Virus record (IMG/VR): IMGVR_UViG_3300023179_000009
Span: 394,814 to 458,813 of that record
Reading direction: 5' to 3' (one strand)
DNA: 64,000 nucleotides
Positions 40,575-49,277 of this stretch are shown here, one piece after another (position 1 is the first letter of the stretch; each line of letters begins with the position of its first letter). The translations under genes and the position numbers were made by a program. Under the pieces are notes generated by a model. The model worked only from the letters and a program-made list of their open reading frames with translations, did no database searches and had not been told where the DNA came from.

Positions 40575-43106
40575 ATGTGGTGGGATTTTTTTAAAGTATT
40601 CACATATGCCTTTACTGAAGATCCTTTGTCTGAAAAGAACAAAAATGTGCTTACAGGTGCAGGTGTTTCTCAGCTTGATGCAATACCTGATTTGAGATCG
40701 GGAAATGAAGGATCGATAGGCGGTGGGACATCGATTAGACTAAGAGACACAAATGATTTCGTTGACCTCTCCACTGTAACAAATAGGATTCATCGATACA
40801 AAGAGTACGAAAGACTCAGGAATATGCCAGAAATTGAGATGGCTATGACTGTGTTTGCAGATGAGACCTGTCTCTCCGGAGATACAAGAGTTTCTACTCC
40901 ACAAGGCATGAGAACATTGAAAGATTTGGCAGAAAACGAGAAAGAGAGATTCCTTGTTTATTGTTATGATTTTAAAAAACAAGACTACACATTAAGTTGG
41001 GCACACAGTGCCAGAAAAACAAAAACAGCCAAAACTATAAAAATCATATTTGATAATGGGGATCATGTCGTATGCACACCAGACCACAGAATTCTAAATG
41101 CTGAGGCCGAATGGGTTTTGGCCGGAAGTTTAAAAACAGGCGATGAGTTGATGCCATTTTATAGAATTGAAGCAAATCCCGATTTGTCGAACAGCAAAGT
41201 AAATCAATTTCCTAGAATCTATTCAACTATTCATGGCTGGGTACACGAAAGACAATTTATTGATCATTGGAGAACTGGTAAGATACCAGAGGAGTTGCAA
41301 ACCCTAAACAAATATTGCCGAATGATAGCGGGTGGTTTAAATATTCGACAAATAAAAAAAATTACACAAAATCAATTTAAGACTGTGCGTGATAGGTTGG
41401 CGAAACATGGTTTTTCAAACAAAGAACTAAAATGGCTCGGTACAAAATCAAAAACAAGACGGGTAGTCTCGGTATTTGATTATAAAGAAATGGATGTATA
41501 TGACCTATCGGTTGACGAGCATGAAAACTTTGCAACAGATTGGGGCATAGTTCACAATTGTCAAAAAGACGACTCTGGTAGAGCATTTCAAATACACACA
41601 AAAAACAGCGATGCAAAAGAAGAACTTGAATTTTTATTTTTTCACAAAAAAATGTTGAATTTTGACCAAAAAAGAATTTGGAATTTAGCAAAATTACTTT
41701 TTATTTATGGAGACTTTTTTTATGAGGTTATTATAAACCCAGAGAATCCTTCCGAGGGCATTTATAATCTCATACCACTTCCTGCCGATTCGATGTATAG
41801 GTTGGAAACCACCAAAGGAAAACTATTAGAATTTCAACAATCAAAAGAAGGCCCCGATTATCAAAGTTTGGCAAACGTTGATATAACTCAGGCGACAGAT
41901 GCGGACTTGCAACAATCTACAGCCATTCGATTTGCTCCCGAACAAATTATACACATTCGAATTGGGGATGATAGAAAAACTTTTTATCCTTATGGCGTTT
42001 CTTTAATGGAAGCAGCACGTGGTCCAGCACATCAATTAAGATTGATGGAAGATGCCATGGTTGTTTACAGACTGTCAAGATCGCCAGAGCGAAGAGTTTT
42101 TTACATAGATGTCCAACAATTGCCACCATACAAGGCCGAAGCTTTCATAGAAAGAATGAAAGATCAATTCAAGAAAAAGAAAGTACCCAGCACCGGTCGA
42201 GCGCCTGGGGCCTCGTCTGTTGAGGAGAGATGGCAAACTCCTGCTGTCGATGAAGATTTTTGGATTCCGATTCGCCCAAATGCAAACACTAGGGTAGAAA
42301 CGCTTCCTGGGGCAAGCAATCTAGGAGAAATAGATGATGCTCTTTATTTTAGAAACAAGTTATTCACAGCATTAAATTTTCCAAGGAATTATTTTAACAA
42401 CGAAGATGTCAACAGCACCCGAATAGCCTTGTCTGCTCAAGATGTAAAGTTTGCTAGAATGATTGAAAGATTGCAAAGTCATATCGAAGATGCTTTGTGG
42501 GAAGTCTGCAATCGTCATCTTAAATTACAAGGGTATCCTGAGGAGTCTTATGATGATCTTGTTGTTAAGATGACTCCGCCCTCGGATTGGCGTGAACTCA
42601 CAAGAGCGGAAGTGGTTACAAATCGTTTGAACAATGCTTCAAACTTAAAGAGTGCTATGTTGCTTAGTGATTATGATATACTAACAAAATGGCTTAAATA
42701 TAGCGAAGAAGAAGCCAAAGAAATGATAGCAAGATTGAAAATTCAAAAACTTGATGATCTTAAGTTGCAAATTGTTGCACAAAATCCTACATTATTAGGA
42801 GTTGGATTGCCAAATCCAAACGAGCCAGAAATAGGAACAGATCCCGGTGGGCCAAACCCAATGTTGGCACCAGATGCTGGTCAACAAATGGCACCAGATG
42901 CTGGTCAACAAATACCACCAGATGCTGGTCAACCGGCTTTAGGAATGAAAAAATTTATGAATGCTGATCAACAGGTTCCAAAATCTGGTAGTGGGGTGGC
43001 CATACCTGATGCCTCTGAGGAAGATATTCAAAAATACAATTTGGATATTAAAGATTTTGAAAAAGAAATGGATGAAGAAGAAGTTGACATGAGTGAAAAT
43101 TTATGA
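40575..43106 (+). CDS. gp20: Portal protein (T4 gp20-like) containing an intein
   Basis: YERLRNMPEIEMA, QLRLMEDAMVVYRLSRSPERRVFYIDV, EDFWIP, ETLPG, YFRNKLFTAL motifs of gp20. Confidence 0.95.
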   Translation: MWWDFFKVFTYAFTEDPLSEKNKNVLTGAGVSQLDAIPDLRSGNEGSIGGGTSIRLRDTNDFVDLSTVTNRIHRYKEYERLRNMPEIEMAMTVFADETCLSGDTRVSTPQGMRTLKDLAENEKERFLVYCYDFKKQDYTLSWAHSARKTKTAKTIKIIFDNGDHVVCTPDHRILNAEAEWVLAGSLKTGDELMPFYRIEANPDLSNSKVNQFPRIYSTIHGWVHERQFIDHWRTGKIPEELQTLNKYCRMIAGGLNIRQIKKITQNQFKTVRDRLAKHGFSNKELKWLGTKSKTRRVVSVFDYKEMDVYDLSVDEHENFATDWGIVHNCQKDDSGRAFQIHTKNSDAKEELEFLFFHKKMLNFDQKRIWNLAKLLFIYGDFFYEVIINPENPSEGIYNLIPLPADSMYRLETTKGKLLEFQQSKEGPDYQSLANVDITQATDADLQQSTAIRFAPEQIIHIRIGDDRKTFYPYGVSLMEAARGPAHQLRLMEDAMVVYRLSRSPERRVFYIDVQQLPPYKAEAFIERMKDQFKKKKVPSTGRAPGASSVEERWQTPAVDEDFWIPIRPNANTRVETLPGASNLGEIDDALYFRNKLFTALNFPRNYFNNEDVNSTRIALSAQDVKFARMIERLQSHIEDALWEVCNRHLKLQGYPEESYDDLVVKMTPPSDWRELTRAEVVTNRLNNASNLKSAMLLSDYDILTKWLKYSEEEAKEMIARLKIQKLDDLKLQIVAQNPTLLGVGLPNPNEPEIGTDPGGPNPMLAPDAGQQMAPDAGQQIPPDAGQPALGMKKFMNADQQVPKSGSGVAIPDASEEDIQKYNLDIKDFEKEMDEEEVDMSENL
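40869..41558 (+). mobile_element. Intein (230 aa) in the portal
   Basis: Block A CLSGDTRV, block B CTPDHRIL, block F VYDLSV..HENF, block G IVHN followed by +1 Cys. Confidence 0.95.
42867..42932 (+). repeat. 24-bp imperfect tandem repeat (A/P-P-D-A-G-Q-Q) in the portal C-terminus
   Basis: GCACCAGATGCTGGTCAACAAAT repeated about 2.75 times. Confidence 0.85.
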
Positions 43107-43336
43107 AATCAATAATTACAGAAGCTCCAAAAAGAGCGTTAAAGAATCGTGAAGAAATATCCAAAGCAACCAAGTGTAGTTGCTATAGCTGTTTCTCTGT
43201 ATTCGATTCCAAAGAAATAAAAAATTGGACAGATCAAAACAAGACTGCCATTTGCCCAAATTGTTCAGCAGATACTGTTTTGCCCGAAGAATTAAACATG
43301 GATACTTTAAAACAGATTAAGAATTACTGGTTTTAA
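43103..43336 (+). CDS. Small zinc-ribbon protein
   Basis: CSCYSC...TAICPNC motif. Confidence 0.65.
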   Translation: MKSIITEAPKRALKNREEISKATKCSCYSCFSVFDSKEIKNWTDQNKTAICPNCSADTVLPEELNMDTLKQIKNYWF

Positions 43337-43680
43337 GCGTCTCCGCCAAAACCACTATCTGCTTCTGAGGGTTTAACTTCTTCTTTTTCTTCAGGGTGTT
43401 CTGGTTTTTTTCCCATTCTCAAAAAATGATTTTTATCAATTTTTCTAAGCATCACCACAATTTCATTATCTCCACGTTGTGCAAGTGTATGAAAAAAATC
43501 TAGAGTTTCTTCAGGGTACTTTTTTATAGCAACGTCAAATAAGTCTTTTTTTACTTTGTCGTGATCATCTGCATAATCTGCGTCTTGATCATTAAATTTA
43601 TACTTATCCACAAAATTTTCTTCGTCATTCATATTTTCTTTTAATCGCTTATTATTAAGCCAATCTGTGAAGTTGTACAT
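43333..43680 (-). CDS. Hypothetical protein with CTS-like N-terminus
   Basis: Likely ATG at 43680 after GAGG; begins MYNFTDWLNNKRLKE. Confidence 0.55.
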   Translation of the reverse strand: MYNFTDWLNNKRLKENMNDEENFVDKYKFNDQDADYADDHDKVKKDLFDVAIKKYPEETLDFFHTLAQRGDNEIVVMLRKIDKNHFLRMGKKPEHPEEKEEVKPSEADSGFGGDA

Positions 43681-43745
43681 TTTTTCCTCTTTCAAATTAT
43701 AAAATTTGCACGTTTCTGCATAACTAGAGTGTAGTAGACAGCGTG

Positions 43746-43753
43746 TATTTATA
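43746..43753 (-). promoter_or_regulatory. T4-type late promoter box TATAAATA
   Basis: Exact match in the intergenic region upstream of 43333..43680; the 8-mer also occurs by chance in AT-rich DNA. Confidence 0.35.
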
Positions 43754-43847
43754 ATGCTCGTTTTAGAATCGAGAGATTAAAAATAAATATAAGCAAAAAA
43801 ACATAATGTTTTTGGTGCCAAAACAAAACTAGTCGAGGAGTTAAAAC

Positions 43848-45671
43848 ATGAGAAGAAGACTCATTAAGCAAGATGCCTTTGATAAAATCGTAAACGAATC
43901 TGTTTCAACAGTTAAACGTGAGCTTGTTGCAGCAGAGCCGATTTTGGCAAAAGCAGTGGATAAAACCTATCTTCGTCTGAAATCATTCACAGAATCAACA
44001 GTTCTCTACGAATCTGCCGAGGACACTTTTGTGCATGCTGGATATGAAGTTAAAAATGGACAACTTACCTTCAACAACGTAGAAGAATTAGTCGTTGACG
44101 AAGAATCACAAAAAGAAAAACGCAAAACAACGCTCTCTGAAATGATCGACGCTGTTTTGGTTGACAACAATGATAAAGCCGGTGAATTATTTGAAAATTA
44201 TCTCGGAATGGTTCGTTGGAATGAAGCGAAGAAAAAAGAAGAAGAAGATTCCGAAGATGAAGACGAAGATATGCCAGCTTTCTTGAAAAAGAAGAGCAAA
44301 AAAGAAAAGAAATTGCCAGCTTTCTTGAAAAACAAGAAAAAGAAAGCACACAAAAAACATGACGAAGAAGAAAAGAAAGAAATCGTCAAGAAAATCAAAA
44401 AATCTGACAAAGATCTTGCAGAAGCCTATATCACTTCTCAAAATGTTTTAGAATATGTTGAGTTTATGAAGGTTGGCCCAAGTCTCGCAGAATCGGTTGT
44501 TAAAACTGACGAGAGTGGCAACCTTACCAACATTAAGATACCAACCAGCAAAGTTCGTAACGAAAACAGAATGTTGCGAAGCGACTGGAAAGGCTTGAAT
44601 GCAAAAGTTGCTGAAACCAGAAACAAAGTTGCTGATCTTGTTGAAAATCAAGAATTCTGCAAAGCGGTTGCTGTGTTGAAGAGACAAAATGCTTTTGCCG
44701 ACGCACAAGGACTTGAAGAGGCTTTGGATGTTGTTGTTCAGCAATACCCAGAAGTTCTTTATGCAACCCAATCTGAGTTGGCCGAGGTTGTAAAAGAGGC
44801 TTTAGAAGTCGTTGGTGCTACAAATTTTGACGATAAAGTTTGTGAATTCATGGCCGAGGGCATTTTGAGAAAAGCACACGATGCTTACGCTGAAAAAGTT
44901 TCTCAAGTATTGCACCTCGCTTCTGCAAATAAAGTAGAAGAGGGTGTTGATCCTTACGCTTTCTTCCAATCGGTAGTTGAAAAGTTCTACCCATCATTAG
45001 ATGAAAAATTTGGATTGGAACGCAAAGTTTTCAGCGATCTCTATGAATCACTTGAAGTTGTTTACAAGAAAGCCGAACGTCAAGGCGTCAAATCGGTTAT
45101 GAATGAAACTGCATCTTATCTCAATGATTTGGCTGCTGTTTTAAACAACGAAGTTAAACCAACTTTAGAAGTTGCCGAGGAAACAGCGGAGTATCTTGCT
45201 TCGTTAATCGAGACCAACCTTGAATCGGGGATTTGGGTTGTTTCTAACAAACCACACGAAACTCTTAATGGAGATCATCCAGAGATGAGCAAAAAAGCCG
45301 CTCATGGTTATGCTCCATCAAAAGATTTCTCTGGAAACTATGGCGATCCTCTTCCCGCAGTTGGGTCAGATGATATGAGTTACAAGGGTGGCAAACACTC
45401 AAAAGAAATGAGAAATAAGGGCATGGGTCAAGAAGGCGGAAACGACGTTTTCCCAAGCCTTAAAAACCCTTACGTGCCAACTCCTTTCGGAACTTACACC
45501 ATGAAGGGTGAAAAAGGAGTTGATAAAGATAAAGGCGACTTGCTGAGCGGATCCAAAGACACTTTCCCAAACCTGAAAAACCCTTACGTACCAAAGGAAG
45601 AGGTTGGAACAGGCGGAAAAGGTTACAAAATGAATCACGGCAAAGAAAAGGATTTAGTTGTTGACAAATAA
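43848..45671 (+). CDS. Putative prohead core protein
   Basis: Lies between portal and protease; strong GAGGAG SD; highly expressed codon style; duplicated PAFLK and FPxLKNPYVP motifs. Confidence 0.55.
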   Translation: MRRRLIKQDAFDKIVNESVSTVKRELVAAEPILAKAVDKTYLRLKSFTESTVLYESAEDTFVHAGYEVKNGQLTFNNVEELVVDEESQKEKRKTTLSEMIDAVLVDNNDKAGELFENYLGMVRWNEAKKKEEEDSEDEDEDMPAFLKKKSKKEKKLPAFLKNKKKKAHKKHDEEEKKEIVKKIKKSDKDLAEAYITSQNVLEYVEFMKVGPSLAESVVKTDESGNLTNIKIPTSKVRNENRMLRSDWKGLNAKVAETRNKVADLVENQEFCKAVAVLKRQNAFADAQGLEEALDVVVQQYPEVLYATQSELAEVVKEALEVVGATNFDDKVCEFMAEGILRKAHDAYAEKVSQVLHLASANKVEEGVDPYAFFQSVVEKFYPSLDEKFGLERKVFSDLYESLEVVYKKAERQGVKSVMNETASYLNDLAAVLNNEVKPTLEVAEETAEYLASLIETNLESGIWVVSNKPHETLNGDHPEMSKKAAHGYAPSKDFSGNYGDPLPAVGSDDMSYKGGKHSKEMRNKGMGQEGGNDVFPSLKNPYVPTPFGTYTMKGEKGVDKDKGDLLSGSKDTFPNLKNPYVPKEEVGTGGKGYKMNHGKEKDLVVDK

Positions 45672-45690
45672 TAATTAAGGAGCAGACACA

Positions 45691-46386
45691 ATGGATCAGA
45701 TGTTACTCATCGATTGCTGTGCTAGCTCTGGATTCGAACTACAACTTAGTGAGTCTACTATGAAAGGTGGACTCACTAAATTTCGTGGCAAGTTCCAAGA
45801 AGCTGAAGCAGTAAACAAAAACAAAAGAATGTACCCTTTTGATGTGCTAAGTGAAAACATTGGCCGTCTTCAAGAGGCAATAGATGATCGTAGACTTGTT
45901 GGAGAGCTAGATCACCCAACAGACTCTATTATACATTTTGCAAATACATCTCACGTAGTTACCAAACTATGGTGGGAAGGAAACGTTCTCATGGGCGAGG
46001 GCGAAATCCTAAACACACCGTCTGGTATGATTTTGAAAAGTCTTATTGATGGCGGCGTTAAAGTTGGTATCAGTTCAAGGGGAGTTGGTAATGGAAAGGT
46101 GAACGAAGATGGCATTCTTGTCATCGGTGAGAGTTATAAACTTATCACATTCGACGCCGTTGCAGACCCCAGCACTTTTGCTGCATTCCAAGAAAAAGTC
46201 GTTGCTAAAGGTGAGAGTTTTAATCCTCAAGTTAAAGAGCAAATTCGTTCTACACAACAAAAATCAAAAATTGCTGTGAAAAATGAAAGCTCCAGCATAC
46301 ATAATGTTAACAAAGAGGTATTAATCGCTTACTTAAGCGGCTTTGTAAAATCTCAAACACAAGAAATTAAGTCGAGGTTAGGCTAA
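45691..46386 (+). CDS. gp21: Prohead maturation protease (gp21)
   Basis: NKNKRMYP, GELDHP, SHVVTKL, ILNTPSG, GISSRGVG, ITFDAVADPS. Confidence 0.95.
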   Translation: MDQMLLIDCCASSGFELQLSESTMKGGLTKFRGKFQEAEAVNKNKRMYPFDVLSENIGRLQEAIDDRRLVGELDHPTDSIIHFANTSHVVTKLWWEGNVLMGEGEILNTPSGMILKSLIDGGVKVGISSRGVGNGKVNEDGILVIGESYKLITFDAVADPSTFAAFQEKVVAKGESFNPQVKEQIRSTQQKSKIAVKNESSSIHNVNKEVLIAYLSGFVKSQTQEIKSRLG

Positions 46387-47282
46387 TGGATAAAATTACT
46401 GAAGCATTGAAGAGCATCCTTCCTGCTGAGCATGTCAATGAGGTTGCCAAAGCCGTCGAAGAAATGATGGCTGAAAACGTCGCTGCACTCGAAGCGGAGT
46501 TCCAATCCAAATTGGACGAGGCTTACGAGCAACTTACTGAAGAACGTAAGGCTGATGAAGTCATCGCTGAAAATGGCTATCAACAAGCCTATGACATGAT
46601 TCAGTCTTTGATGGCTCGTTTGGATGAACAACGTGAAGAATTCGAAACAGCGTTAGAAGAAGGCTTTGAAGAAGCCTATAGCGAACTACAAAAAGAAAAA
46701 GGTCGCAACGAAACTCTTGAAGTAGAAATATACGAAGAAGCAGATAAGAAACTTCAAGAAATGAAGAGCATGATGGTTGACAAACTTGATCAATTCTTGT
46801 CGCTACAAGAACAAGAAATGTACGAGTCAGCCAAACGTGATGTTCTCAGCGATCCAAGCATACTTGAGCAAAGAGTTGCAGTTGAGAAGATGGCTGAAGT
46901 CCTTGCTGATTATATCGGTGACGACACCATCAACAATGCAACATCGGCCAAACTTGAAGAAATGCAAAAACAAGTTGAAGCCCTTAAAGGTCAAATGAGA
47001 ATTATTGAAGCCAAAAACGTTCGTCTTGCTACTCAAAACAACAAGTTGACCGAGCAAGTCCGTGAGGCTCACGAAGTGATCACCGAGGCTGCAAAAGCCG
47101 AGAAAACGAATAGATTGAATAAGAAAGAGAATGCAAGTGGGCGTGGACAAAGAGTTGTGAACGAGCAAATTATTAGTGAATATGCCGCTCCAACTGAAAA
47201 ATCGGCAAAAGAGGCTGACCTGCGTGAGGGTCATGATCCTTTAGCCGATCTTCTGGTTCTTTCAGGTCTTGAACAAACCTGA
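46386..47282 (+). CDS. gp22: Prohead scaffold protein (gp22)
   Basis: Acidic coiled-coil protein between gp21 and gp23. Confidence 0.85.
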   Translation: MDKITEALKSILPAEHVNEVAKAVEEMMAENVAALEAEFQSKLDEAYEQLTEERKADEVIAENGYQQAYDMIQSLMARLDEQREEFETALEEGFEEAYSELQKEKGRNETLEVEIYEEADKKLQEMKSMMVDKLDQFLSLQEQEMYESAKRDVLSDPSILEQRVAVEKMAEVLADYIGDDTINNATSAKLEEMQKQVEALKGQMRIIEAKNVRLATQNNKLTEQVREAHEVITEAAKAEKTNRLNKKENASGRGQRVVNEQIISEYAAPTEKSAKEADLREGHDPLADLLVLSGLEQT

Positions 47283-47328
47283 TACCAAAAAATTACATCG
47301 AACTCATTAGAAAGAGGGATTAAATATT

Positions 47329-48774
47329 ATGAACGCACGTTTCCTCAACGAAGCACGTGAGATCGAGACCAGATGGTCCAAGCCTCTTCGTAACGGCAAG
47401 TCGATGCTTGATGGCATCACCGACCGCTACGAGAGAGCTTCTGCCGCTGTTCTTCTCGAAAATCAACGTCTTATGAACGAAGCTATGACCGACAGTGGTG
47501 ACATTTCGCAATTCAAAAGAATTTCGATACCACTCGTCCGTCGTATCTATCCACAATTGATCGCCAACAAAATCGTTTCGGTCCAACCATTACTTGGCCC
47601 AACCGGTTTGGTCTACTATCTCCGTTTTAGATACTCTTCAAACAAGGGTGCTATGCGTGGTGCTGACCTCAATAGCGGCTTTCCAAGCGACGACGCAACA
47701 TCGTTACAACAACTTGCTAGCGGTGATGGCAATTTAGACATCTTCTACACTCATCAATTTGTTCAAAATGAAACAAGTTCGACTGATGCTGGCGGAGATA
47801 CAACTTCAGTGTATGCTCCACTTGAGCACACTCCAGTTCTTGCCGGAACCGTGACTGGCACCGTTTATGACGGCTCAGTTGCTGTTCAAACATTTGTTGT
47901 TGCCGAGAATGGTACTTTCACCTTCACCGACATCGGAACCCCATCTGCTAAAGCAACTGGCGGCACCGTTGATCTTGTGACTGGCGAAATGACCCTTACT
48001 TGGAACAACGATCCAGGTGCTAACAATGTTGTTGTTTCATATGAATACAACATGGAATGCAATCAAGATCTGCCTGAAGTCAACCTCGTTGTTGAATCAG
48101 AAGAAATTGCTGCTAAGACTCGTAAGTTGAAGGCTGCTTGGAGCTATGAAGCCCAACAAGATCTTCGCTCACAGCATAACCTCGACGCCGAAGCCGAACT
48201 CACCGCAGTTCTCGCTCAGGAAATAAATTTGGAGATAGATAGAGAGGTGCTAACTGACCTTCGTAATAACGCTGGTACAGTGGCTGTGTGGGATTTCAAT
48301 ACTGCTCTCGGTGACACCATCAAAGAGAAGTATGAATCACTCTATGTGAAGGTTGTTGAAGTCAGCAACGTTGTGCATCGTAAGACACTTCGTGGTGGCT
48401 GCAACTGGCTCGTGACTTCACCTGAAGTTGCATCAGTTTTCGAAACTGCTACAGCCGGTTTTGCACCAGCCCCAAGTGAGACTTTCACAAGTTCGCTCGG
48501 CATCCAATATGTTGGCACAATCAACAATCGTTGGAGACTGTATAAGGATCCACTGTTCCCACAAGGTCAAATCCTCATGGGTTACAAGGGCGACAGTTAC
48601 ATGGACAGCGGATACTTCTACTGCCCATACGTGCCACTCACCCAAACCCCAGTCGTACTCGACCCAGAGTCGTTTTGTCCTCGCAAAGGAATATTAACAA
48701 GATATGGGAAAAAGTTGCTTAGAGAGGGAGCAAAGTTCTACGCCCGCATGAGCATCGCAAATTTCATCGTGTAG
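47329..48774 (+). CDS. gp23: Major capsid protein (gp23)
   Basis: LLENQ, IPLVRRIYPQLIA..IVSVQP, KTRKLKAAWSYEAQQDL, QEINLEIDRE, YCPYVPL, GILTRYG. Confidence 0.97.
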   Translation: MNARFLNEAREIETRWSKPLRNGKSMLDGITDRYERASAAVLLENQRLMNEAMTDSGDISQFKRISIPLVRRIYPQLIANKIVSVQPLLGPTGLVYYLRFRYSSNKGAMRGADLNSGFPSDDATSLQQLASGDGNLDIFYTHQFVQNETSSTDAGGDTTSVYAPLEHTPVLAGTVTGTVYDGSVAVQTFVVAENGTFTFTDIGTPSAKATGGTVDLVTGEMTLTWNNDPGANNVVVSYEYNMECNQDLPEVNLVVESEEIAAKTRKLKAAWSYEAQQDLRSQHNLDAEAELTAVLAQEINLEIDREVLTDLRNNAGTVAVWDFNTALGDTIKEKYESLYVKVVEVSNVVHRKTLRGGCNWLVTSPEVASVFETATAGFAPAPSETFTSSLGIQYVGTINNRWRLYKDPLFPQGQILMGYKGDSYMDSGYFYCPYVPLTQTPVVLDPESFCPRKGILTRYGKKLLREGAKFYARMSIANFIV

Positions 48775-48807
48775 TGTAAAACCCTAGTAATTAGGGATAA
48801 AATAAAC

Positions 48808-48837
48808 AAAACCCTTGGCAGAAATGCCAAGGGTTTT
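48808..48837 (+). terminator. Rho-independent terminator after gp23
   Basis: AAAACCCTTGGCA-GAAA-TGCCAAGGGTTTT perfect hairpin with T-tract. Confidence 0.9.
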
Positions 48838-48865
48838 TTATTTGTTTTTTTAGAGCAAAAAACTA

Positions 48866-48894
48866 TTGCGTGAAATTTTAATTTGTGATACTAT
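48866..48894 (+). promoter_or_regulatory. Sigma70-type promoter TTGCGT-N17-TACTAT with extended -10 TG
   Basis: Spacing 17; immediately upstream of the endonuclease gene pair. Confidence 0.55.
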
Positions 48895-48914
48895 ATTGAG
48901 ATAGGAGAAATCTC

Positions 48915-49277
48915 ATGTACGAAATAAAATGTCCTGTGTGTGGTCAAAAAAGATCTGTCAGGGCTAAAAAACCTTGGATGTCAGGGGAGCCACCGTTTTC
49001 AAAAATCTGCAAGAGTTGTTGCCAAAAAGGCAAAGAAAAAACTCCGGAGTGGCGGTCAAAACTTTCGGAATCAATCAGGATTCTTCAAACTGAAGAAGTG
49101 CTTCAAAAAAAGAGCCAGTTTATGAAAGACCACCCTGAAGTTTGGAAAGAAAACCTTATATTTGGACAATCTGCCGGATGGAACAAAGGCAAGAAAATGC
49201 CCAAAACCTCTGATGAAATTAGAAAAAAGATATCGGATTCTTTAAAAACTACTTTAAGAAAAAAGAAAGACAATTAA
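48915..49277 (+). CDS. Zn-ribbon/NUMOD3-like DNA-binding protein (homing-endonuclease related)
   Basis: CPVC...CKSCC; WNKGKKMPKTSDEIRKKISDSLK NUMOD3-like motif; no catalytic domain seen. Confidence 0.6.
   Translation: MYEIKCPVCGQKRSVRAKKPWMSGEPPFSKICKSCCQKGKEKTPEWRSKLSESIRILQTEEVLQKKSQFMKDHPEVWKENLIFGQSAGWNKGKKMPKTSDEIRKKISDSLKTTLRKKKDN

Noticed and set aside
47329-48774. Group I intron in the capsid gene
   Set aside because: The reading frame is continuous and all conserved gp23 blocks are present
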